In this document: positions 41,511 to 51,491 of the stretch, piece by piece | Position numbering within the stretch: position 1 is the first letter of the stretch | How the letters are laid out: every line of letters begins with the position of its first letter | NCBI GenBank assembly: GCA_044070495.1 | Contig: JBIPSI010000021.1 | Location: 1 to 64,000 of the forward strand | Length of the DNA: 64,000 nt | Direction of reading: 5' to 3' | Source of the DNA: Spirulina sp. | GTDB lineage: Bacteria; Cyanobacteriota; Cyanobacteriia; Phormidesmidales; Phormidesmidaceae | The notes under the pieces: model-generated | Told to the model about the DNA's origin: nothing | Seen by the model: only the letters and a program-made list of their open reading frames with translations | The model's database searches: none | Program-made: the position numbers and the translations under genes

Positions 41511-41759
41511 ATGACTGCACAGCCCCAACCCGAACCTACCCTACGAGACCTCGCCAACAAGCTGGATCAGATCACGCTTGATGTTGATAAACTTACCGCC
41601 GATGTGGATCAGCGGTTTGATACGCTCAGTCGCGAGATGGAACGCTCTAACGACAAGTTTGATGCCTACCAAAAAGGTACCCAATGGGTGGTGCAGTTGG
41701 CATTTACCCTGATTGCCAGCGCCACCATCACCGTCATCTTAACCACGGTATTTAAGTAA
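41511..41759 (+). CDS. Small coiled-coil protein with C-terminal TM helix
   Basis: 82 aa, heptad-like acidic region then WVVQLAFTLIASATITVIL. Confidence 0.7.
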   Translation: MTAQPQPEPTLRDLANKLDQITLDVDKLTADVDQRFDTLSREMERSNDKFDAYQKGTQWVVQLAFTLIASATITVILTTVFK

Positions 41760-41818
41760 GCCGTAGGGCAATGCCCACCAGTTTAGGGAATCCGTAGGGT
41801 AAACACTGTCCACCAACT

Positions 41819-41869
41819 TTAATTCAGCGCCATTCCACCTACGATCCCTAACATTTGGAAAAGTCTTCG
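41819..41869 (+). repeat. Imperfect 51-bp direct repeat, copy 2; remnant of a DUF29-like 3' end
   Basis: Aligns without gaps to 40462-40512; minus strand reads GEDFSKC* versus DEDFYGG*. Confidence 0.65.
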
Positions 41870-41902
41870 CCATCTCACCAGGAAGCGATCCCAAGGACAG
41901 AT

Positions 41903-43612
41903 CTAAAACAGGAAATACCGCTGGGCCATGGGCAGCACGTCGGCGGGTTCGCAGGTCAGCAGTTGACCGTCGGCGCGGACTTCGTAGGTTTCGGGGTTCA
42001 CCTCCATGTGGGGTTGGTAGGTGTTGAGCTTCATGTCGGCCTTGCTGAGGTTGCGGCAGTTGACCACCGCAGGGGCGGCTTTGGTGAGGCCAATTTGGGC
42101 AGGGATTCCCAATTCCAAGGCCGCTTTAGACACAAAGGTCAACGACGTAGCGGCTACCGCACCGCCAAAGCTGCCGAACATAGGCCGCATGTGGACGGGC
42201 TGCGGGGTGGGGATGCTGGCGTTGGGGTCGCCCATTTGCGCCCAGGCAATCGCGCCGCCTTTGATGACGATTTCGGGTTTGACGCCGAAAAAAGCGGGTT
42301 TCCACAGGCAAATATCCGCCAGCTTACCCGCTTCGATGGAACCCACATGGTCGGCAATGCCGTGGGTGATGGCGGGGTTGATGGTGTATTTGGCCACGTA
42401 GCGCTTGGCTCGGTGGTTGTCGTTGCGGTCAGAATCTTCCGCCAGTGGCCCCCGCTGCACCTTCATTTTGTGGGCGGTCTGCCAGGTGCGGATGATCACC
42501 TCACCCACCCGCCCCATGGCCTGGGAGTCGGAGGCAATCATACTAAAGGCCCCCAGGTCATGGAGGATGTCTTCTGCGGCGATGGTTTCGCGACGAATGC
42601 GGGACTCGGCAAAGGCAATGTCTTCGGGAATGCTGGGGCTGAGGTGGTGGCAGACCATCAGCATATCCAGGTGTTCGTCCAGGGTGTTGCGGGTGTAGGG
42701 GCGGGTGGGGTTGGTGGAGGAGGGCAGCACGTTGGCTTCGCCACAGACCTTGATAATGTCGGGCGCGTGGCCACCCCCAGCCCCCTCGGTGTGGTAGGTG
42801 TGAATCACCCGATTTTTGAAGGCGGCGATGGTGTCCTCCACAAAGCCCGCTTCGTTGAGGGTGTCGGTGTGGATGGCGACCTGGATATCGTACTCATCGG
42901 CGACGGCCAAGCAGGTGTCGATGGTGGCGGGGGTCGTGCCCCAGTCCTCATGGAGCTTGAGGCCCATGGCCCCAGCCTTCACCTGCTCCACCAGAGCCTC
43001 CGGTAGGGCACTGTTGCCCTTGCCCATAAAGCCCAGGTTCATGGGGAAGGCTTCCGCCGCTTGCAGCATCCGCCACATATTCCAGGCCCCAGGGGTGCAG
43101 GTGGTGGCATTCGTCCCCGTGGCTGGCCCAGTGCCGCCGCCGATCATGGTGGTGACGCCGGAGGCAATGGCGGTTTCGATCTGCTGAGGGCAAATGAAGT
43201 GGATGTGGGTGTCGATGCCGCCAGCGGTGACGATCATGCCCTCGCCTGCGACGACCTCGGTACCAGGGCCAAGGATGATATCGACGTTGTCTTGGATGTA
43301 GGGGTTCCCCGCCTTACCAATTTTGTGAATTTTGCCGTCTTTAATGCCAATGTCGGCCTTAACGATGCCCCACCAGTCCAAAATCAGCGCATTGGTAATC
43401 ACCATGTCCACGGCCCCGGCCTCGCGCCCAATGGGAGACTGGCCCATGCCATCGCGGATCACCTTGCCACCGCCAAATTTCACCTCGTCCCCGTAGGTCG
43501 TGAAATCCTGCTCTACCTCAATGATCAGTTCTGTATCGGCTAAGCGGATGCGGTCGCCCACTGTAGGGCCAAAGGTTTCCGCATAGGCGCGGCGATCCAT
43601 GCGATAGCTCAT
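41903..43612 (-). CDS. ureC: Urease alpha subunit
   Basis: [53 protein letters not shown]. Confidence 0.98.
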   Translation of the reverse strand: MSYRMDRRAYAETFGPTVGDRIRLADTELIIEVEQDFTTYGDEVKFGGGKVIRDGMGQSPIGREAGAVDMVITNALILDWWGIVKADIGIKDGKIHKIGKAGNPYIQDNVDIILGPGTEVVAGEGMIVTAGGIDTHIHFICPQQIETAIASGVTTMIGGGTGPATGTNATTCTPGAWNMWRMLQAAEAFPMNLGFMGKGNSALPEALVEQVKAGAMGLKLHEDWGTTPATIDTCLAVADEYDIQVAIHTDTLNEAGFVEDTIAAFKNRVIHTYHTEGAGGGHAPDIIKVCGEANVLPSSTNPTRPYTRNTLDEHLDMLMVCHHLSPSIPEDIAFAESRIRRETIAAEDILHDLGAFSMIASDSQAMGRVGEVIIRTWQTAHKMKVQRGPLAEDSDRNDNHRAKRYVAKYTINPAITHGIADHVGSIEAGKLADICLWKPAFFGVKPEIVIKGGAIAWAQMGDPNASIPTPQPVHMRPMFGSFGGAVAATSLTFVSKAALELGIPAQIGLTKAAPAVVNCRNLSKADMKLNTYQPHMEVNPETYEVRADGQLLTCEPADVLPMAQRYFLF

Positions 43613-43827
43613 GGGGACTCCTGTTGAAGATGAGGCAGCCGGTTGAAGATGGGGCAGCCTAAACCATTGCACAACCCAGGCCGCCAGACTCTAGAATGCG
43701 GGATTTTCCGCCGTTGGTCAATCGAGTCTAGGGCTGTAGCGGCCTAAAGCTAACCCATAGTAACGCTTAGCTTTGATTAAGGGTTTAAGGAGTATGGTTA
43801 TTGAAGATGCACCCCTTGGCACTGCCC

Positions 43828-46584
43828 ATGTCCACCTTTTCGACGCCGATCCCTGCCGCTGGATCAACGTTCAACCCTGCTTCCAACGACCGCCCTGGCG
43901 ATACTTCCTGGCGGCGACCTGATCTGTTAGCCCCAGCGGGTCAGTGGGATTGCGCCAAGGCAGCGGTGGAAAATGGGGCCGACGCCATTTACTTTGGCTT
44001 GGATCGGTTCAATGCCAGGATGCGGGCCGAAAACTTCACAGAGGCCGACCTGCCGGATTTGATGGCCTTTTTGCACCGTCGCGGCGTCAAGGGCTACGTT
44101 ACCCTCAATACCCTGGTGTTTCCGGCGGAACTGGCGGAGGCGGCGCAGTACCTCAAAACCATCATCACAGCGGGGGTGGATGCGGTGATTGTGCAGGATG
44201 TGGGACTCTGTCGGCTAATTCGGCATCTGTCGCCGGATTTTCCCATCCACGCTTCAACTCAGATGACCGTCACCAGTGCGGCGGGGGTGGCCTTTGCGGA
44301 GGAACTGGGCTGTCAACTGGTGGTGCTGGCGCGGGAATGTTCCATCAAAGATATCCAAAGCATCCAGGCCCACCTGCGGGATCAGGCCATCGCCATGCCC
44401 CTGGAGGTGTTTGTTCACGGAGCGCTGTGTGTGGCCTATTCCGGGCAATGTTTGACGAGCGAAGCCCTAGGCGGACGGTCGGCCAACCGGGGAGAATGCG
44501 CCCAAGCCTGCCGCATGGCCTACGACCTGATTGCCGATGGGGAAACGGTGGACTTAGGGGATCGTCAATACCTGCTGAGTCCCCAGGATTTGTCGGGACT
44601 GGACGTGCTGCCTGCCCTGGGGGAGGTGGGGGTTCACTGCCTCAAGATCGAAGGTCGCCTGAAAACCCCTGAATACGTGGCCAACGTGACCCGCATCTAT
44701 CGTCGCGCCATTGATGCGGCGTTTGCTAAGGTCACTGATCGTTTGCAGACAGAGAGCGTTCAACCAGATCAAACTCATTCCCCCCTTGGTAAGGGGGGCA
44801 GGGGGGATCGTCTCTCCGCTGGGGATCCCCCTAAATCCCCCTTGGGAAGGGGGACTTTGAATCAGATCCCCCTTTCTAAGGGGGGCAGGGGGGATCTCCC
44901 ATCCGTTGCCCACGCTGAGACCGAGGATCGCTACCAGCTAGAAATGGCCTTTTCCCGTGGGTTGTATACGGGCTGGTTTGAGGGCATTGATAACCAGGCC
45001 CTCGTTCACGGACGGTTTGGCAAAAAGCGGGGGGTCTACCTTGGTCGGGTCAGCCGCATTGCCGAGGGACGGGTTTTCCTAACGCCCGAAGCGCCCATCA
45101 AAGCCGGGGATGGCGTCGTGTTTGACCAGGGCAACCCCGCCGCCCAGGAGGAAGGGGGCCGCATTTACCAGGTCATCCCCAAGGGCAAGGAGGTGGCCCT
45201 AGAGTTTGGCCGACAGGCGGTGAATTTCAACCGTATTCGGGTGGGGGATCGGCTCTGGAAAACCAGCGACCCCGCCCTGGATAAAGAACTGCGCCAAACC
45301 TACGCCGGAGACACCCCCAAATTCCATCGCCCCATTACCGTGACCGTTCAGGGTGAGGTGGATCAACCCCTAGTGCTGACCGCCCAGGATGAGGTGGGCC
45401 ACATCGTTCAGGTGGAATCCGCCATGCCCTTGGTCGCCGCTGAAACCAATCCCCTCACCACGGAACGCCTAGAACAACAGTTGGGCCGCCTGGGCAACAC
45501 CCCCTTCTGTCTGGGTGCCTTGGACAACCAACTCAGCGGCGATCTGATGCTCCCCGTCAGCGAACTCAACCGCCTGCGCCGCACCATCGTCGAAACCCTA
45601 GACCAACAACGCGCCCAACCCCGCCGCTGGCAAATTTCCCCCCAAGCCCAGCTAGCAGACTTACTCCCCACTCCCCACTCCCCACTCCCGACTCCCGACT
45701 CCCCCGCCCTCACCGTCCTCGTTCGCACCCAAGCCCAACTCGAAGCCGCCCTAGCATCCGGCATCGACACCCTCTACTGCGAATGGGAAAACCCCGCCAC
45801 CTATCGCACCACGGTGCAGTGGTTTCGGGACAATCGTCACCACGAAAACCAAACCCTGTGGGTGGCCCCGCCACGCATCACCAAACCCCGCGAAGCCTAC
45901 ATTTTGGAGCAGGTAAGGCGTTCCGAGGCCGATGGCTACCTCATCCGCAACTATGATCACCTGGCCTACTTTGCCGATCAGCGCTGCATTGGGGATTTCT
46001 CCCTCAACGTGGCCAATGCCCTAACGGCGGATTACTTCATCCAGCGCTACGGTCTAGAGCGTGTCACCGCCTCCTACGACCTCAATGCCGACCAGTTAGG
46101 GGATTTACTGCAATCGGCCCCGCCCCAGTGGTTTGAGATCACCCTGCACCAGCACATGCCGATGTTCCACATGGAGCACTGCGTGTTCTGCGCCTTTTTG
46201 TCTGAGGGCAAGGATTTTCGCGACTGTGGCCGCCCCTGCGAAAGCCACCAGGTGAAGCTGCGGGATCGGGTGGGCACCGAGCACATCCTCCAGGCCGATG
46301 CCGGGTGCCGTAATACCCTATTCAACGGTGTCGCTCAAACCGGGGCAGAATACGCCCAGCGGTTGGTTTCCCTGGGGGCCAGGACGCTACGGCTAGAATT
46401 TCTGGACGAAACCCCAGATCAAGTCCGCCGCACGATTCAGCAATACCAACAGCTTTTGACGGGGCACATCACGGGCACCCAACTCTGGCGTAGCCTAAAG
46501 CTGGAAAGTAAGCTGGGCGTTACCCGTGGGCCGCTGGATTCTGGGGATCTTTTAACTCGCAAAAGAGTGAAGAAAAGCCGCTAG
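43828..46584 (+). CDS. U32-family protein with DUF3656, RlhA-like rRNA hydroxylase
   Basis: LLAPAG, GADAIYFG, HASTQM, HGALCVAYSGQC, NRGECAQACR, LKIEGR; second degenerate U32 domain; contains in-frame repeat insertions. Confidence 0.88.
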   Translation: MSTFSTPIPAAGSTFNPASNDRPGDTSWRRPDLLAPAGQWDCAKAAVENGADAIYFGLDRFNARMRAENFTEADLPDLMAFLHRRGVKGYVTLNTLVFPAELAEAAQYLKTIITAGVDAVIVQDVGLCRLIRHLSPDFPIHASTQMTVTSAAGVAFAEELGCQLVVLARECSIKDIQSIQAHLRDQAIAMPLEVFVHGALCVAYSGQCLTSEALGGRSANRGECAQACRMAYDLIADGETVDLGDRQYLLSPQDLSGLDVLPALGEVGVHCLKIEGRLKTPEYVANVTRIYRRAIDAAFAKVTDRLQTESVQPDQTHSPLGKGGRGDRLSAGDPPKSPLGRGTLNQIPLSKGGRGDLPSVAHAETEDRYQLEMAFSRGLYTGWFEGIDNQALVHGRFGKKRGVYLGRVSRIAEGRVFLTPEAPIKAGDGVVFDQGNPAAQEEGGRIYQVIPKGKEVALEFGRQAVNFNRIRVGDRLWKTSDPALDKELRQTYAGDTPKFHRPITVTVQGEVDQPLVLTAQDEVGHIVQVESAMPLVAAETNPLTTERLEQQLGRLGNTPFCLGALDNQLSGDLMLPVSELNRLRRTIVETLDQQRAQPRRWQISPQAQLADLLPTPHSPLPTPDSPALTVLVRTQAQLEAALASGIDTLYCEWENPATYRTTVQWFRDNRHHENQTLWVAPPRITKPREAYILEQVRRSEADGYLIRNYDHLAYFADQRCIGDFSLNVANALTADYFIQRYGLERVTASYDLNADQLGDLLQSAPPQWFEITLHQHMPMFHMEHCVFCAFLSEGKDFRDCGRPCESHQVKLRDRVGTEHILQADAGCRNTLFNGVAQTGAEYAQRLVSLGARTLRLEFLDETPDQVRRTIQQYQQLLTGHITGTQLWRSLKLESKLGVTRGPLDSGDLLTRKRVKKSR
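44779..44900. repeat. Palindromic repeat of the same family as 74-221 and 2940-3088, in frame inside the U32 gene
   Basis: GATCCCCCTAAATCCCCCTT..AAGGGGGACTTTGA matches the intergenic copies; encodes SPLGKGGRGD..PPKSPLGRGT..PLSKGGRGD. Confidence 0.85.
45663..45704 (+). repeat. STRR-like heptamer tandem repeat ACTCCC(C/G) x6, in frame
   Basis: 42 bp, encodes PTPHSPLPTPDSP. Confidence 0.8.
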
Positions 46585-46730
46585 GGGGAGGGTCGAACCT
46601 CATGAAAATACAACCTCCTAGAAGATGGAATCCGCTCAGATGCCCGACGAATCCCCGCCATCCCTGGCCACCATCCATTAAAATAACTTCGTTTAGATTG
46701 ATTAACCATCACCGAGTTCAGTGAGGTCGC

Positions 46731-47744
46731 GTGGCTAATTTAGTGCCCACCCAAGTCGAGCAACTTCAGCGCATCGGGGATCATCTTCGCCAAGTGCGGC
46801 AGGAACAAGGGCTGTCCCTAGACATTCTGGCCAACCAGATTTTTATTCGCCCCGCTCTGTTGCAAGCGTTGGAAACTGGGCGAGAGGAGCAGTTGCCAGA
46901 GGCGGTTTTTATTCAGGGATTTATCCGTCGCTATGCGGAAGCCTTGGGCTTGGATGGCAAGGCGATTTCCCAGGAGTTTGTGGTGTCGCCGCCCCCCATG
47001 GTGCCCAGCCCCGATCTCGTCACGCCAGCGGTGAGTCATCGTCCTGCGGCCCCCGCTCCAGCCCCTCAGTCCACTCCGGCTCCGGCCCCTATTCCGGCCC
47101 CCACTCCTGTGGCCAAGGCCGCCCAAGAACCAGCCCCGACCTCGGTTGTCCAGCCAGAGCCAACTCCAGCATCGGAAGCAGCTAGGGCCACGGCACCATC
47201 TCGGCCTGTCTCCACCGTCCAAAATGCTCCCCTGACTAATCCGTTTCCCCAGGCGGCTGCCATGGCCGAGGAACGGCGTAGCGGTGGTCTATCCCTGTGG
47301 CTGGCCTTAGTGGGAGCGGTGATTTTGATTGGCGGTGGACTAGGGCTATGGTTGGGTCGCGGGTCGAGTCCTCAAACCGCGACACCGCCCGTGGAGGAAC
47401 CTACCCCAACCGAGCCACCCCCGACCGCCGAGGCCCCCGTGGCCGCTGAGCCGGAACCGGAACCCGCAGCCCTAGAAGCGCCGATTGTGGTGGCCGTTCG
47501 CCTCAGTGAGCGCTCCTGGCTGAGCGTGGTGGCCGATGGTCGCACGGTCTATGAGGGCACCTCCGACGAGGGCTATGAAGAAACCTGGACCGCCGAGAAT
47601 TCCCTGGTGTTTACCACGGGCAATGCAGGGGGCGTTTCCCTGTCGTTTAATGGCGAAAATCCGGTGGTGCTGGGCAACTCTGGGGCCGTACGTACCCTCA
47701 ACCTCACCCCAGACTCCGATGCCGCTGATCTAGAAGCACCCTAG
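46731..47744 (+). CDS. RodZ-like HTH/TM/DUF4115 protein, second paralog
   Basis: LPEAVFIQGFIRRYA, Pro-rich linker, TM, SWLSVVADG..GNAGGV. Confidence 0.85.
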   Translation: MANLVPTQVEQLQRIGDHLRQVRQEQGLSLDILANQIFIRPALLQALETGREEQLPEAVFIQGFIRRYAEALGLDGKAISQEFVVSPPPMVPSPDLVTPAVSHRPAAPAPAPQSTPAPAPIPAPTPVAKAAQEPAPTSVVQPEPTPASEAARATAPSRPVSTVQNAPLTNPFPQAAAMAEERRSGGLSLWLALVGAVILIGGGLGLWLGRGSSPQTATPPVEEPTPTEPPPTAEAPVAAEPEPEPAALEAPIVVAVRLSERSWLSVVADGRTVYEGTSDEGYEETWTAENSLVFTTGNAGGVSLSFNGENPVVLGNSGAVRTLNLTPDSDAADLEAP

Positions 47745-47913
47745 ATCCGGCCAGACGGGTTTGGGGTTTCCCAGGCCGTAACGGTTGCGGACTGAGATCG
47801 TTGATAGGAACGCCGAATGGCCTAAGCGCACCAGAGCATCCCGCTACAATAAAAGACACCGCAACCCAAAGACACCGTAACCAAGACCTTCACCCTGGGA
47901 TATTGCCGCAGCT

Positions 47914-48702
47914 ATGACGCCGCCCACCGAGCTTGACACCGCCACCCCCCAGACAACTCGCCTCAATGGCACCGCCCCTGAGGCTGACCTCGATGAAGCC
48001 CCCTACGATGTGGAGATGTCGCTGTTCGACCATTTGGAAGAACTGCGAATGCGGATTTTCTACTCCCTGATTTCGGTGCTGGTGGGTATTGTGGCCTGTT
48101 TTTGGCAGGTGAAACGCATCGTTAGCCTGCTGGAGGTTCCGGCCCAGGGGGTCAAGTTTCTTCAGTTGTCGCCGGGGGAATATTTCTTTGTGTCCCTCAA
48201 GGTGGCGGGCTACAGCGGCTTGGTGATTGCCAGTCCCTTCATCCTCTATCAAATCGTGATGTTTGTGCTGCCCGGTCTTACCCGCCGCGAACGTCGCCTA
48301 GTGGGGCCGATGGTGCTGGGTTCCAGTGTGTTGTTCTTTGCGGGATTATTTTTCGCCTACTTCGCCCTCATCCCCGCCGCCCTCAACTTTTTTATCAGCT
48401 ACGGGGCCGATGTGGTTGAGCAACTGTGGTCGATTGATCGCTACTTTGAGTTTGTGCTGCTGCTGCTGTTTAGTACCGGTTTAGCGTTTCAAATCCCCGT
48501 CCTGCAACTGTTGCTGGGGCTGCTGGGCATTGTGAATTCCAAGCAAATGCTCTCTGGCTGGCGCTACGTGCTGCTGGGGGCCGCTGTGCTGGGGGCGGTT
48601 CTCACCCCGTCTACGGATCCGGTCACCCAGAGCTTGCTGGGAGGGGCGGTGCTGTTCCTCTACTTTGGCGGCATTTTCCTGGTCAAAGCCATTGGCCGCT
48701 AA
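47914..48702 (+). CDS. tatC: Twin-arginine translocase subunit TatC
   Basis: [35 protein letters not shown]. Confidence 0.96.
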   Translation: MTPPTELDTATPQTTRLNGTAPEADLDEAPYDVEMSLFDHLEELRMRIFYSLISVLVGIVACFWQVKRIVSLLEVPAQGVKFLQLSPGEYFFVSLKVAGYSGLVIASPFILYQIVMFVLPGLTRRERRLVGPMVLGSSVLFFAGLFFAYFALIPAALNFFISYGADVVEQLWSIDRYFEFVLLLLFSTGLAFQIPVLQLLLGLLGIVNSKQMLSGWRYVLLGAAVLGAVLTPSTDPVTQSLLGGAVLFLYFGGIFLVKAIGR

Positions 48703-48828
48703 TCCCAAGTCCCCTCTTGCGTAACGCATCAATTCGTAACGCATCAAAGCCTTGACCTGCATGGGTTACGTTCCCCTAACCCATCCTGCCGATGGGCTTA
48801 CCTTTAAGCCGTCCTACCTCCGCAGATC

Positions 48829-49506
48829 CTAGCTCGGAGGCTTGAGATAAAGGGTACGCTCGGCCTCACGGCGACGCACCAGCCCCGGCAGCACTTGGCC
48901 ATCGGCGTAGACCCAGCGGGGAAATTCGTTGGCGGCCCCGGCAAAGTCTCCGGCGTTGTGTTTGCGGAGCAGGGTGGAGTTGCGGTAGGCGTTGAGTCCC
49001 ACATTAAAGGCAAAGGACACCATGGCCGAGAACTGGTTTTCGTGGGTGGTCACGGTCAACGCCTGGGAGACCCCACGCTCAAACAGATCTAAATCCTGCT
49101 GAAGGATGGCTTCGGCTTCGGCGACGGTGATCACCATGCCGGGGTAAACCTGGGGGGGGCCAGCCATGCTGGTGTGGCCATAGCCAATCGTCCACACGCC
49201 GACGGAATCTTGGTAGGCGGTGGTGCGTAGGCCCTCGAAGTGTTTGATCATGGCCAGCCCTTCGGCATTAATTTGCCCCGTCACGGGGGGGGGCTGCCAG
49301 GGTTCGGGTTCCGGTGCTCCGGTGGCGAGGGAGATGGTCATGGCGGTGGGGGCATCGGCGCGGGCAAACCAGGCTTCCATGCCCGTGATGTCCGCCACCT
49401 GTTCCTTGGGGTTAGAGGCGGAGGGGGATTTCGTGATGCGGGAAATCCACACGCCCCCCTGCATCAGGTACATCGCTATATCGGTTTCTTTAATCCAGGT
49501 GCCCAT
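48829..49506 (-). CDS. GH24 (phage-type) lysozyme with N-terminal domain of unknown function
   Basis: FEGLRTTAYQDSVGVWTIGYGHT (E-x8-D-x5-T triad), SFAFNVG, LPGLVRRREAE. Confidence 0.92.
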   Translation of the reverse strand: MGTWIKETDIAMYLMQGGVWISRITKSPSASNPKEQVADITGMEAWFARADAPTAMTISLATGAPEPEPWQPPPVTGQINAEGLAMIKHFEGLRTTAYQDSVGVWTIGYGHTSMAGPPQVYPGMVITVAEAEAILQQDLDLFERGVSQALTVTTHENQFSAMVSFAFNVGLNAYRNSTLLRKHNAGDFAGAANEFPRWVYADGQVLPGLVRRREAERTLYLKPPS

Positions 49507-49517
49507 CGGTTTTCCTC

Positions 49518-51491
49518 CTAAGCGGGGCCAGTGCCGTCGTAGTTCCAGCGGGCGCGATAGCCCCTGGCATCAATGTGGGTGAAGGATCGGGAACTGGCCA
49601 GCCCTCCTTGGCCGCCCCACCAAGCATCCAAATCGGCGTAGACATCGTAGGGATGGCGACCGGACACCACAAAATCCACCGCATCCCCCAGCAAATGACG
49701 CGACTGGGAGGCCCCTCCCACCGCCGCATTGGTGGCCGGATCACGATACCAGGAGTTGATGGTGATGGGTTTGCCGTAGCGTTTGCGGATGTCCTCCAGG
49801 GCTTTGGCGATACGCAGGATGCCGTAGATCACATCAGCACTGGTGGGGCGGCGATACTGCCCGGTGCTGGCGTTGACATGGAGCGCCTCGCCCCAGGTGA
49901 AATTTCCTTTCTCGCCGTGCTGGGTCGTCCAGTAAATGGGGTCGTTGGAGTAGTAGGTGCCCGTAAACCCCGGAAACCGGAGGGGAATGCCACGATTACC
50001 GGGGGGTGGCTTGGGCTGGCCTTGGTCGTTGGGGTTATTGCCAATTTCGGTACCGATTAGGTAGATATCCGGCACGTAGCAGTACCAGGTATTGCGGTTT
50101 TTGACCCCCAGAAAGGCCCCCCTAAAGGACACCCGCACATGGTTTTTCTCCGGCTGGGCGTAGGAGGATACCTCTAAGACGGTATTGGCCTTCACCAAAA
50201 CCTTGTCCTCTTCGGGCAGATCGCTAGAGAGGGCGGTGCTGGTTTTGAACACCGTATCCCCCAAGACCTGAAGCAGTTGCCGCTGACCCACAATGCGCAC
50301 ATGGGGATTGTAGACATACCAGGTATCGAGTTCGTCGGGGCCGAGGGTGGTATCGGCAAGGCGCACCTTGGCATGATCCGCCGCCGCTGGTAGGTGACCG
50401 ATCAGGTTGAACTGAGTGTTGACAGGCACGGCCACCTTGCCCTCCTCCGGCAGTTCCGATGACGGAATCGGCTCTTCTTTAAAGACCGTGTTGGCTACCA
50501 CCGTGAGGGTGATGTCGGACAGCAGCTTGGTGTCTTGGGTGTTGATATACCAGGTGGTAGCCTTGCCATCCCCCAGTTCTGGCTTCACCAAGTCGATCAG
50601 CCAGCGGTCGCTGCCTTGGTCAATGTAGTACTGAATATCCAACACCTGCCCCTGGGGCACCGCCACCTTTTGGTTGTCTGGCAGCATTTCCGGTAGGTCG
50701 GGGCTGAGGGTGAACACCGTATCGCGCAGGGTTTCAATCTGGAGGCCATCGTGGGGGCGGGGCACTTCGCCGCCGTCGGTACTGGCGCTGGCATGGAGGT
50801 TGTAGACGTACCACAGGGTGTTGTTGTTGGGGCCAAGGGTGGTGTCCGCCAGCTCGATCAGGGTGTGATTATCGGCGGCGGGCCGAAAGGACTTTAGCTT
50901 GAAGGTTTGCGCCTCAGCCACAAACACCTTGGCGCTGTTGGGCAGGCTGGTGGAAGGTTTGGGTTCCTGCTTAAACAGGGTGTCGCGGGTGACGGTGAGG
51001 GTGGCGTCGGTGCCCAGGCGGGCATGGAGGCTGTAGACATACCACAGGGTACGGTTCCCCTCGCCCAGGGAGGGTTCCGCCAGTTCTATCCGCCAGTGGT
51101 CGCTGCCGCCATCGGTGTAGTAGCGCAGGGCGAGCTGAGTGCCCCGCTTCACTGTCACCTTTTCCGCCGATGTTAGTTGGCTAGACTGCACGGGCCTCAC
51201 CTTAAAGACCGTGTCGGTGGTGACCAACAACTGATTATTGTCGGGAATCACCAACCCATCCCCTGGCCCTGGTGGCTTTGGAGCCGGTTCCGGTTCTGGT
51301 TCCCCCGTACCCACCGAAAAGGTCATCCCCCTCGGTCGGTCGCTCCGGGCAAACCAGGCTTTCATGGCTGCCACATTGGCCACTTGTTCCTTGGGGTTGG
51401 TGGTGGAGGGACGTTTGGGAATCACCGCAATATAGGTGCTCCCAGACATCAAGTAAATGGCCTGATCGGTTTGTTTAACCCAGGTGCCCAT
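49518..51491 (-). CDS. Peptidase M15A-family cell-wall metallopeptidase with shared N-terminal domain and five ~75-aa repeats
   Basis: ITINSWYR..NAAVGGASQSRHLLGDAVD (H-x6-D) and FTHIDARG; repeats DTVFK..K..V..WYVY. Confidence 0.88.
   Translation of the reverse strand: MGTWVKQTDQAIYLMSGSTYIAVIPKRPSTTNPKEQVANVAAMKAWFARSDRPRGMTFSVGTGEPEPEPAPKPPGPGDGLVIPDNNQLLVTTDTVFKVRPVQSSQLTSAEKVTVKRGTQLALRYYTDGGSDHWRIELAEPSLGEGNRTLWYVYSLHARLGTDATLTVTRDTLFKQEPKPSTSLPNSAKVFVAEAQTFKLKSFRPAADNHTLIELADTTLGPNNNTLWYVYNLHASASTDGGEVPRPHDGLQIETLRDTVFTLSPDLPEMLPDNQKVAVPQGQVLDIQYYIDQGSDRWLIDLVKPELGDGKATTWYINTQDTKLLSDITLTVVANTVFKEEPIPSSELPEEGKVAVPVNTQFNLIGHLPAAADHAKVRLADTTLGPDELDTWYVYNPHVRIVGQRQLLQVLGDTVFKTSTALSSDLPEEDKVLVKANTVLEVSSYAQPEKNHVRVSFRGAFLGVKNRNTWYCYVPDIYLIGTEIGNNPNDQGQPKPPPGNRGIPLRFPGFTGTYYSNDPIYWTTQHGEKGNFTWGEALHVNASTGQYRRPTSADVIYGILRIAKALEDIRKRYGKPITINSWYRDPATNAAVGGASQSRHLLGDAVDFVVSGRHPYDVYADLDAWWGGQGGLASSRSFTHIDARGYRARWNYDGTGPA

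Noticed and set aside
41855..43006. 383-aa plus-strand ORF and similar long antisense ORFs (18991-19890, 21442-22347, 61402-62262)
   Set aside because: Antisense shadows of well-supported genes in high-GC sequence with no recognisable motifs
41903..43612. ureC without ureAB or accessory genes
   Set aside because: Dispersed urease genes are common in cyanobacteria
47914..49506. Functional link between tatC and the adjacent hydrolases
   Set aside because: The genes are convergent and the hydrolases lack twin-arginine leaders
48829..51491. Possible prophage lysis cassette
   Set aside because: No holin, spanin, structural, integrase or att features; flanks are chromosomal genes
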